Shown here: positions 1 through 10,439 of the stretch, piece by piece
Position numbering within the stretch: position 1 is the stretch's first letter
Layout of the letters: the number at the start of each line of letters is the position of its first letter
Origin: Octopus sinensis
Lineage: Eukaryota
Length of the DNA: 64,000 nt
Assembly (NCBI RefSeq): GCF_006345805.1
Contig: NC_043008.1
Coordinates: 20,832,001 to 20,896,000, forward strand
Reading direction: 5' to 3'
Notes under the pieces: model-generated
Database searches by the model: none
Told to the model about the DNA's origin: nothing
What the model saw: only the letters and a program-made list of their open reading frames with translations
Program-made: the position numbers and the translations under genes

Positions 1-540
1 ATCTACCTGATAATTTCTTGTTAAGATTCCTTATTAAGAAGTCATCCTTAATTGTTAAATTTATTCCGAAAAAACTTTTCCTATCCGAAATGCAATTCGA
101 AGAAGCCCGCCATTTACCGGATATATGATTAGTAAACTTCTCCATGTGCTTCGTTGGAATAGAGCAGTTAGCTGTTCGACTTTGACGGTACTGGTCGTTT
201 ATTTATGATATGTTCAGAATCAGTCTTACTGATGAGCATGGTCGCAAATTCTTCTGCGGTAAGTGCGAAATCACAGGTGATATAAGACTAAATTAATTTT
301 TTAAATGTCTTGCTTTGAAAAATTGCATTGGGTATGATTAGTAAAATTTTTGGTGGAAATGACTGATGTCCCTCTTAGCGTGAGGCATTTATGTGTAATA
401 ATGCCCTCTATATATAAATTAATATGTTCAATAAGAAAGAATTATTTTCGAAAGTTTTCTCTTATGAGGTTTTTCACGCTATCTACCTGATAATTTCTTG
501 TTAAGATTCCTTATTAAGAAGTTATCCTTAATTGTTAAAT
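1..540 (+). repeat. 480-bp tandem unit (one full unit plus 60 bp of the next) carrying a hammerhead ribozyme; retrozyme/Penelope pLTR-like
   Basis: 1-60 recurs at 481-540 with one mismatch, then ends at a (TA)n tract; array runs off the window start. Confidence 0.8.
222..289 (+). ncRNA. type I hammerhead ribozyme
   Basis: Helix I AGTCTTA/TAAGACT; core CTGATGA (229-235); helix II GCAT/GTGC extended by GTCGCA/TGCGGT; GAAA (267-270); helix III ATCA/TGAT; predicted cut after A282 (AUA). Confidence 0.9.
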
Positions 541-560
541 ATATATATATATATATATAT

Positions 561-867
561 CACCGTGATCACCGTGACCGACCAGGCCATCAGATGTTAT
601 TACACATCGCTGGTCACAATGCGCTTCGCATTGTTGTAGCCTTCAAATGACGCCACCCCGCTGGCTAAGCGAGCAGGCCAACAGAAGAAAGAGTGAGAGA
701 AAGTCGTGGCGAAAGAGTACAGCAGGGATCGCCACCACCCCCTGCCGGAGCCTCGTGGAGCTTTAGGTGTTTTCGCTCAATAAACACTCACAACGCCCGG
801 TCTGGGAATCGAAACCGCGATCCTACGACCGCGAGTCCGCTGCCCTAACCACTAGGCCATTGCGCCT

Positions 868-869
<2 letters not shown>
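561..869 (-). mobile_element. tRNA-derived SINE family A, tail type i
   Basis: Head GGAGGCGCAATGGCC with A/B-box-like motifs; body and GGTCACGGTGATCACGGTGA tail repeated elsewhere in the window. Confidence 0.9.
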
Positions 870-912
<43 letters not shown>

Positions 913-942
913 CATACATGCATACATACATACATACATACA

Positions 943-991
<49 letters not shown>

Positions 992-1013
992 GTGTATATA
1001 TTTTTATGTGTAT

Positions 1014-1045
<32 letters not shown>

Positions 1046-1065
1046 GTGTATATATTTTTATGTGT

Positions 1066-1110
<45 letters not shown>
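870..1110. repeat. compound (CA)n/(TACA)n/(TA)n microsatellite
   Basis: Direct inspection. Confidence 0.95.
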
Positions 1111-1116
<6 letters not shown>

Positions 1117-1776
1117 AATTTCCATATGTCTGTATGTGCGTGTGGTGGGGTGCATGTGTACATGCAGACAAATGCGGAGAAGATAGAAGATGAGCGGATA
1201 AATAGATAAACAAATAAATTGATAGGCAGATATTCAAACATGTTAATATATAGATGAATAGTTTGCTGGCAGAGTAGTTTCAAAGGTCAATATCAGTCGA
1301 CAGAAGTTAATCACTTCATTGTTTACAATAGATGTGAACAACTGAAGCGGAAGACATACTTCTAGCTTCTGATTAAATTATCTATATGTGGTTGTTACGA
1401 ACTTCTATATAACTATACGGATTACAAAGCTTGTATACACTTGTCTCATCTGGGAAAGAATAGAGTGCAATTAAACACTCTGTGTCAGCAATCAGGATAA
1501 TATAGTTAAACACAAATATCTATGAATATTTGGACAGATCTCCGAGATCGGTGGATGCGTTGAAACTTATCAAAACAAGGATATATTTTGAAACCGCATT
1601 TCACTTCAACGGCCACAATGTGGTCACATTTGAATCTGTATCCAAAAATGAAAATTATATGAATCATATACTATGATGTTATGTTAAAACGGCGTTGATG
1701 TTTACACACATACACATATCCATATGTATGTGTGCGTGTGTTAATTTTATATGTGTGTGTGTATGTGTGCGTACTG

Positions 1777-2140
1777 CATATAATATTTATAAACAAACCC
1801 GAAAGGCTTTGTAAGTTATGGAGAGAAAGCTACTATGGAAGACTATAATAATAATAATTGTATAATAATATATCATAATAATATTTATTCTCCGAATTGA
1901 AGCGACAAGTTTCAAATACAAGCAAATGACCGAAAAATAATGAGCGAACCTCAGGGAGAATCGTACCCACAAATCAACGCTTACACGGCTCCTAGCACAT
2001 CCGTTTGGCCAAACGCTCACCCATCAATTTCAGTCAAATTCAGTTAATATATACTTAAAATGTCCAATACAACATATAATATTTATAAACAAACCCGAAA
2101 GACTTTGTAAGTTACAGAGAGAAAGCAACTATGGAAGACT
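1777..2140. repeat. 68-bp direct repeat pair, 296-bp offset
   Basis: 1777-1844 vs 2073-2140, 4 mismatches. Confidence 0.85.
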
Positions 2141-2855
2141 CATAGTATATATATATGTATAAAAATACACCGGCCTCTATACATATATATGCATAAAATC
2201 ATATGTCAGTCTACTTTTGCTGAGAAGGGCCGTCTGATCTTCACACTCATTACTTCGTTTCCTACATAAGTTTGTGCTTTTTTCCGATGGAAATATATTC
2301 TGTATACTTATAAACATAAGCGCTTTCCCAAATGAAATTGCTCTTCATATTTGAAACTTCGATGAAACTCTGATAAAGTGGTTAGGGTAATTGGCTCACG
2401 GTCTGTGATACAGAAGCACTCAACCATAAGGGTATCGCTTATTGTAGAACAAGCAACTCTAAGCTAATGAAGTTCATAGCAATTCCTTATTCCCCGGTCC
2501 TTTCTTAATACTCTGTACTCGACTAACGCATTTTTCTGAAGCATATATTTTGAGTTCTATGCCTGAGTGAAATAACACAAGTATATACATAGAGTTTCTG
2601 GCTTTGGGTAATAGGAAATACTGGATGGTCAGTTAGTTATGATCATATTCAATATATTCCCCTCTCAGACTGACATACTTATTGCAGTGGTCTTTTAGTA
2701 TTTCTAAACTGTAAGCTCTGAAGTAAAAGACCTCGGAAGTTTAGGATTCTTGCTACGCCTTTCGCGATACCCTTAAAGCCAGGAACTTTTCGCCGTGATA
2801 GGTCGCTAGACACTACACGTTCTTTATTTTCTCTCCTTGTTTCTTTCTGTGTTCA

Positions 2856-2889
2856 TTTCTGTGGAAGAGCGTAAGTTCGAAACGTTAAA
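2856..2889 (+). ncRNA. minimal type I hammerhead-like motif, A6U variant, in a Penelope-like repeat end
   Basis: TTT-CTGTGGA-A-GAGC(GTAA)GTTC-GAA-ACGT-T-AAA; homologous copy at 59401. Confidence 0.5.
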
Positions 2890-3013
2890 GTCTTTTTCAC
2901 TTCCCGAGCGTTATACTAATACATCTATACTAATAAACCTATATATATATATATATATATATACTCAACTATATATATGTGTATATATATATATATATAC
3001 ACACACAAACACA

Positions 3014-3188
3014 AGAAGAAAATAGATGTAAATAACAAGGAGAATCTCGTCGCTTTTGCTGATATGCCTTTCATTCAATTAATTAACAAAGAAGAAAGTG
3101 CTCAATTCTTTTTTGCTAATTAATCAAATGAAAGGCATACCAGCGAAAACGGCGATTTTCTCCTTGTTATATACATCCATTTTCTTCT
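3014..3188. mobile_element. imperfect foldback/MITE-like inverted repeat
   Basis: About 80-bp imperfect arms around a short loop. Confidence 0.65.
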
Positions 3189-3355
3189 CGTATATATAAC
3201 CTAAACTACGGTTTCCCCACCGAACTACCTGATACCATATAACTTTACAAAAGACTGTACCTACTCAGGTAATCACCAGGAGCGCCTTTGGATTTAATTA
3301 TCCCTTAGAGGTTTTAAACTCCTCTAACTGATACCTACACTACATATATATATAT

Positions 3356-3392
<37 letters not shown>

Positions 3393-3435
3393 GTATATAT
3401 ACATACACACATACATACATACATACATACATACA

Positions 3436-3470
<35 letters not shown>

Positions 3471-3765
3471 GTACATGTGAGTATATATGTATCAAATTAT
3501 TGAACGAATAATTTAACATTCACTGAAGGACTACACAATACTTTTTGCTAGATTACATAATCATTTGCAAGAATAGAGGTGATAGAATCTGCGAGGTCTC
3601 GGCCTGCTGGTCTTTCCCCGAACTCATATAATCATGCATGAATATGAGCATAAATACACACACACATGCATACATACATACATACATACATTTGAATTTA
3701 CACTATACATACTTACATACGTACATACATACATACATACATACATACATACATACATACATACA

Positions 3766-3824
<59 letters not shown>

Positions 3825-3899
3825 AGTGTAAATTCAAATGAGCAATCAATTCAAATAAACGAATAAGTTTAATAGACAACAGAAAGACATGCACAAGAA

Positions 3900-3970
3900 A
3901 TGTATTAGTTTCACGCTCAGGGAAAAAAGAGAGCTTGACGTTTCGATCATAGATCTTCGTCGTTAAGGAG
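3900..3970 (-). mobile_element. decayed copy of the minimal-HHR repeat family
   Basis: Minus strand ACGACGA-A-GATC(TAT)GATC-GAA-ACGT-C-AAG with downstream flank resembling the 2878-2930 and 59424-59470 copies; core damaged. Confidence 0.5.
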
Positions 3971-4982
3971 AAAAAGAAAAGTCTAAAGAAGGAAAGGAAA
4001 TCGCCAACTGCACGTGTAGCTTCATTGCTGAAGTGACGAGGGAAATAAGTTGATTTCTAAATGAGGTGTGTTCTTTATAAATTTGTTAGTAACACCTCGT
4101 GCAGCGGATATGAATAGCAAAGCCTTCAAACTATCATACAACATAGAGAAAATATCTTAGTGCACAATATTTCGTTATTTTTTCAATTTGAAAATCATAA
4201 AATTTCTTCAAAGGATTCTATCTCATTGTAGCCATCAAAGCTAGATTCCTACTTGTTTTTTAACATTTGTTTTAAAATGTAGTTACGATAAAATAATAAA
4301 ACATAAAGAAAATCAATATAACTCCATTAAATTACAAAGACTACCAGAAAAGAAAGCAAAAAAATATGTCCTCTTTATTCAATGCCAATGGCATCTAAAG
4401 TACTTAATCTACTTGTTTCATCGATATATAATAATTTTTGTAAAAGAATTATATTCTATATTTAATCATACTTCATTGCTGAATATATTTGCTTTATCCT
4501 TTATCCTTATTCCAGAATATTCGACATCAGCAATATATTAACACTGTCCTTCCTATTCATCTTTCCTGGGGTGTATGGGGTCATTATCGTTGATGATGAA
4601 TTAACTAACAGTCAAACAAGACGGGTCTTTATGGTAACACATAACATCGAAAGAACACTTGCAAATTACGTTAAACTACGTAACCTCTATCTACGAGTTT
4701 CAGTCAGTGGACTGTGGCATGTTTTGAAGTCTGATATTCATATTATCGGTCTTCTGATTCAGTCGCTAGGTAACGGGGACGTAAATAGAAGAACGCCGAT
4801 TGTCAAAGCCTGAATTTTGTGGGAAGGGGGATAGTCGATAATATCGATTCCATTTCTCAAATAGTACTTATTTCATAGATCTTGAAAGGACGAGAGGCAA
4901 AGTCAACCTCGGTAGGAACATATTTTTAGGGAAAATATGTTTGATATTTAATTATACGTGTTTACTGCTTATATATGTATTA

Positions 4983-5450
4983 CTAGCTGGCGCCGTGCCG
5001 TCAAATATGACGGCTAATTATATTATTTTATATATAAATATGGATGGTAAATCAAATTAATACACTGATAATGTTATCTAGTTGTTGTCTGATGAGATTG
5101 TTACATCAATCATCGTTTGTTATTGAAAGAGCGTTGGTTCCCACATACATTCACATACTTCCCTTGTATACGCACACACATACACACATATACTCACAAA
5201 GAGTTGAAACTCTGTTTGATTTTTCTCTTCAGCGTTGAATGTTCACCATCCCACTTCCCTTGCGCACGCACACACACATACATACACACACATACATACA
5301 CACACATTCACATACCTCCCTTTTACATACCCTCACATATACTAACACAGATTTGAAACGCTCCCACTACCAGTTTGCCATCACCCCTTCCTTCCTAACT
5401 GGTTCCATCAGTTAGACTTGACAAAGTTCATTTCTGAAAGCAAAGACTCA
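4983..5450 (-). mobile_element. non-autonomous Helitron (3' end clear, 5' end uncertain)
   Basis: Hairpin GCCGTCA/TGACGGC (4997-5014) 10 nt from terminal CTAG, followed by T on the minus strand. Confidence 0.6.
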
Positions 5451-6584
5451 TATAACTATATCGAACAAGATGCTATTAATTTAAGAACACACCTTTCTTT
5501 TTTTTTGTATTTTCTACGTTGTTCTTGGTCCTAACCAAATTCTGTTCATGTTTTCTTAAGCTGTTTTTCAACTTTACTGTATCAAACTTATCCAATGTAA
5601 CATTTCTGAATTGGGATTCTCAAAAATTACCCTATCAAAGATAGTCAGTCAATTCTGTAATGTTTTCAAAGGATTTAAATTTATTAAGTTTTTTAAAAGA
5701 AGATTGCATAAAATTTAACTCGACGGTGCTCGACAATTGCTTTTAAATGCTTTGAATAATTGTTATTCCATGAATTTGAAGATCTATCTTTTTTTAAGGT
5801 TTGCGAAATATTTCTGTGCGTCGCTGCCGATATCTCCTTGAAAAACTTTTACTTTGATTTTAAATTATTTTATTCTATCAAAGGAAATATCAAGTATTTT
5901 TTCGACATTTCTTTAAATTTCTGCAGAAAAAAAAACTATTTAAAAGCGAAGAGAAATCTAAATTTCTTTTTTAAATCATTAAACTACAAATGTAGACACT
6001 ACGTCTGATAATTCTTCAGATGTCGTTTTTTTTCATTCGTCAAAAACTAACGAATTCATGCAGTCATCGAATCACTGAAGCAAAGAACCGCGACTAAGCA
6101 AATAATGTCTTTTTAAGCTACTTCCAAAATCAATTAGTTGAGTCTCAAAGTTATCCAAATCAATCCACTGCAACAGTTACAAATTCAGATTGTTTAAAAT
6201 ACACTATCGGCAGAATCTATGAATTTTTTTCTATTTCTTCAAAGGATTTAAACTTAATAAATTTCGTAAATATTCTTTAAAGTTCTGTATGCAGCGAATT
6301 TACATCACTCGGTAAATTTTGAAGTTTTTTTTTTTCCCCAGAGTGCCTGCAGACGTAACATTAATTGTGTTTTGTTACAATTTTTTAAAGTTAATATGAA
6401 CATTTGCACGTAAAATCCTAGAACTGATGAAAGTCTGCCAATGAACATCTAACATACTATACAACAAATTTCCGAAACATACTTCTCCGAATTAGTTGCC
6501 ACAGAAACTATTTTTGAAAGGTCAACATGTTGATTACAAAAATAGTTTACTCTGGTTCTGTTTTATACTTAGGTAACGTCGCTA

Positions 6585-7105
6585 CCGTAAATCTTCGAGT
6601 ACAGTCCGCCCTTGAGTATAATACCCAGGGGATTTTTAGGGGGCTGTACTTCTGAAAAACCTAAACTTTGTGTATAATACGCACCCCTTCTCTAACTTGA
6701 GTCGTGCGTAATTACGCCAGCAGCACCTAGTCGAACAAACACTTCCGCGCATGCGTAATACAATAATGGTGATGTTCTTAACTGTTATATGGGAATGTAA
6801 ATATGTTTGCAAATTGTTTTTGTTACACGTTATTCTGTGTTCTGAATACTTTTATTTTAATAAATGTTGCTTACTGCAAGTTATGGATGATTCTTTTATG
6901 GCTTCATTTCTTTCAGGCTTAGCTTAAGGTATTTTTGCGCCCGACATCACAAAACGCATCTGAATAAACATTGCCGGACATCAAATAGAGACTCGGACAT
7001 TGCTTAGAAAATATTTTCATTTTTAACCTCGTATATTGTAGGCACAAGTGATTTTGACCTTTAAATTTTGGGGAAAAAATGCGGATTATACTCGCAGATT
7101 TAGGG
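6585..7105. mobile_element. pogo/Tc1-mariner-type MITE
   Basis: TIR CCGTAAATCTTCGAGTACAGTCCGC vs GCGGATTATACTCGCAGATTTAGGG (21/25), TA on both sides. Confidence 0.8.
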
Positions 7106-7564
7106 TAATTTCACCAGTTCTTCACATTTTACATTACCCTTTCAAAACCAGCCAATAAACAGCACATAATGTAACATCAGTGCTCTCGCCTTAACAAAAG
7201 GATAAGAATTTATCTGAGCCTATATCTTTTGTTAGCTGTTCAATATGTTAATTTCCTTCTTCAAATTCTATTTTCATGTTTCTTCTCAGAAGCAAAACTA
7301 TAATTCCTCGAATAATTTTCTTTTCTAAAAAAATATTCACAAGTTAAGAACCCTGTCTTAATTCTGAAAAATACTCGCTTTCATACAGTGATTTTACATG
7401 TTGGGCAATAGTCGGTGAGATCTCACAACTTGCTGCAACTAAGCTAGAAACACTTGAAGCCAGATGCTCAGAGGAACGAATCATGACGGTGGCCATATCT
7501 AAGACATGTTATTTTAATTGGCTCTGATTTCCATCAGTTAAAATTAAGTACTAGAATTGATGGT

Positions 7565-7832
7565 GGAGGCGCATGGCTTAGTGGTTAGGGTGTCAGCGTC
7601 ATGATCGTAAGATTGGGGTTTCGATTCCTGGACCGGGTGACGCGTTGTGTTCTTGAGCAAAACACTTCCTTTTAACGTTGCTCCAGTCCACTCAGCTGGC
7701 AAAAATGAGTAACGCTGCGATGGACTGGCGTCCCGTCAAGCTGGGGAACACATACGCCATTGAAACCGGGAAACCGGGCCATGAACCTGGTTAGGCTTCA
7801 AAAGGGCGCATTTATCTATGTATTTATTTTAT
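7565..7832 (+). mobile_element. tRNA-derived SINE with V-domain-like core (family D)
   Basis: tRNA-like head; TGTGTTCTTGAGCAAAACACTT; CTGCGATGGACTGGCGTCCCGTC resembles the V-SINE domain; (ATTT)n tail. Confidence 0.7.
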
Positions 7833-8280
7833 TAGAATCGATGTATAATCAGTATTGATTTCAAACATAAATGTCTATTGGGACTGATTTGTCTCCTTCT
7901 GTATCAAAATGCTTGAAGTTGTCAGCACAAACCTGAAGACTCTCTTACTGTAGTAATTCAAGAATAAATTTATAATAGCGGTTTCTTTTATTTCTTCTCA
8001 ATGTGCTGCTTAACTTTTGGGACTAGAATTATATGCGAATAAATCAGTTAATGATCATAATATTTTATTCACAGTTAGATGACTTTACTATCAAAACTTA
8101 AGCCTTTTTTTGTCAGGAGTCGGTAAATAACGAACGTAACATTTTACCACATCCGGTCAAATGACTTAGATAGTTAGAACCTAATCGATTCGTCCGTCAG
8201 ATGTTGTTCAAGGTAAAACATAGACTTAAAATTGAGTTTTTAATAAGCTCGCTGATCCATTCTGGAATAGCACACACACA

Positions 8281-8324
<44 letters not shown>

Positions 8325-8334
8325 CACAGGTATT

Positions 8335-8760
8335 CTCTTATATGTTTCAGTCCAATGACTGTGACCATGCTGGAGCACCGCGATTGTAATCATCTTTCCA
8401 CTTTCCACCTTTGTCGGAGCGGCTTCTGGTGAAGGATGGATTCGATTCTACTGCCCTCTTTTGAGTTTCTTGCTTAGATATTGGCTCATCCGGGATCTCA
8501 GCGAGCCAGAAATCAAGTTCACGTTTGAAAACGTCTACATCCACTCCATGGTGGTTCCTCAGATGCTTCGGCAGACACTTAAACAGCTGTGGGCCCTTGA
8601 GACCCAAGCTATTGCAGTACATCGTCCTTGCCCGAGATGAAGCAGTCGGCACAATGGAGACAGCACAGTGATGTCCTGTTCATGGTCTGGTATAGCTCTT
8701 TATTCCAAAGTTTGGTACCAGTCCTTCTAGTATCTTCCATACTTATATTTCCTTCTCCCA
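8335..8760 (-). mobile_element. CR1/L2-group LINE 3' end (ORF2 C-terminus plus tail)
   Basis: Translates to ...WKILEGLVPNFGI...YCNSLGLKGPQLFKCLPKHLRN...FKRELDFWLAEIPDEP; ends in GCGGTGCTCCAGCATGGTCACAGTC tail. Confidence 0.75.
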
Positions 8761-8864
8761 CTCTCGCTCTCTCATGTTACGTTCCTATCCCTTACTCGAT
8801 CTAATTAATTCAATTAAGAGTGCATGACGTATTTAGTGTGTTGTCAATATTTCAGTCAAGAGGC

Positions 8865-9095
8865 AAGGCGGCGAGCTGGCAGAAGCGTTAGCAGGTCGGG
8901 CAAAATGCTTAGCGGCATTTCGTCCATCTTTACAAATTCCGCGAGTTCAAATTCCGCGAGTTCAAATTCCGCTGCGGTCTACCTTGCTTTTATCTTTTTG
9001 GTATCGATAAAATAAGTACCAGTTGAGCACTGGGGTCAATGTAATCGACTTACATCTACCGCCGAAATTTCAGGCCTTGTTCCAAAATTTGAGTT
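8865..9095 (+). mobile_element. SINE family B, diverged
   Basis: AAGGCGGCGAGCTGGCAG head and GATAAAATAAGTACCAGTT core. Confidence 0.8.
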
Positions 9096-9740
9096 CAGTA
9101 TTTCTGGTAAAAGGTTAACGCGTTACCTACTCTCCAACTCTCCCTCTCTCTCTTTCTTTCTCGGTCTTTCTCTCTCTCTTCCCCACCCTCTCTCTCCTCT
9201 CTATCTCTCCCTCCCTCTCCACGTCTGTTGTGAAATCATCATCCAGTGCAATTCAGTCGAGAAATCCGCACCTTGTCTAATTACGTTGTATTGTTAAACG
9301 ATATCATTTGATGACCGACATTGACCTGAATACATCCTGTTTGAAGAAACGTATTATGTTTTGCCAAACAGAAATGAAATTATTACATACCAAGGAGAAA
9401 ACGGCCGTGTTTGTGTCTGTCGTCACAATTATATATTTCCAAATGATGTTGGTTCTGTTTGTGAAGGAAGTTTTTGTTTTCTAACAGGAAATCGAAATAG
9501 TGAATAGAACACAGAGAGACTCTCTGTATTAACTCTATTCACAAATATCATTTCGTGTCTATGACAAATGTTTCCCTTATTTTTAAACTATCTAAACAAA
9601 AGAGACGGAAATCAGATCTCTGTTTATAAGATGGTAAATATTTTGCAAGCTTCAAATTAGTCGTAGCATAATTTTCAGAAAATGTCTGACAAGAGTCGCC
9701 ACAAGGATGCCTTTGCTTACGTTATATCTACACACTATAT

Positions 9741-9973
9741 AAGGCGGCGATCTGGCGGAAACGTTAGCGAGCCGGGCGAAATGCTTCGCGGTATTTCGTC
9801 TGTCGTTACGTTCTGAGTTCAAATTCCGCCAAGGTCGACTTTGCTTTTCATCCTTTCGGGGTCGATAAATAAAGTATCAGTTTCGCTCTGGGGTCGATGT
9901 AATCGACTTAATCCTTTTTATCTGTCCTTGTTTGTCCCCTCTATGTTTAGCCCTTTGTGGGCAGTAAAGAAAT
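9741..9973 (+). mobile_element. SINE family B (Meta-domain-like core) with TSD
   Basis: Full copy; TSD TATATCTACACACT at 9723-9736 and 9975-9988. Confidence 0.9.
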
Positions 9974-10331
9974 ATATATCTACACACTCTATCTACACAT
10001 GCAGACTCTTCCTACCTTTTCTCTCTCTCCAATCTCTCATTCTTATATACCCACAATAGATTTCTGTATTTCTTCGCAGGTGTTTTTGTTTTATATTTAT
10101 GTTTACTTTTATCCTTTTCTAACCATTGTGTGGCCCCAGCAGAATTTGAACGTAAGCAATATATATTCTAGTACTGGAGAATTCGTGAAACTTCGCTCCA
10201 TTATCTTATGTAGTAGTATATCTGTATCAAAAAATAACTCTAAGATATGATGATCATCTAATTGTATCATTTGGGTGTTAATACTCAGTTAAAACGATTT
10301 AAACTGAGATTTGGCACCACTTTTGTTGCAG

Positions 10332-10439
10332 AAATGTGGAGGAGCAGCGCTTACTCCCCTGTGCAAAATCTTGAAGACTGGAGGAAAATATCTTCAGACC
10401 ACATACCTGATCCAAATACTTGCAACAAAATGGACTCTG
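10332..10439 (+). CDS. candidate isolated 108-nt exon, product unknown
   Basis: TTTTGTTGCAG acceptor, G|GTAAAG donor, two open frames, GC above flanks; no recognisable homology. Confidence 0.25.

Noticed and set aside
2330-2820. Possible Penelope GIY-YIG coding remnant upstream of the HHR-like motif
   Set aside because: Could not recover convincing motifs by hand; needs a frameshift-aware search
5089-5120. CTGATGA followed by a GATTG/CAATC stem
   Set aside because: No GAAA, helix III or helix I
5600-6400. Faint recurring TTCAAAGGATTTAAA/CTATC blocks
   Set aside because: Too degenerate to define a unit without a dot-plot
6424-6480. CTGATGA with a distant CGAAAC
   Set aside because: No pairing helices
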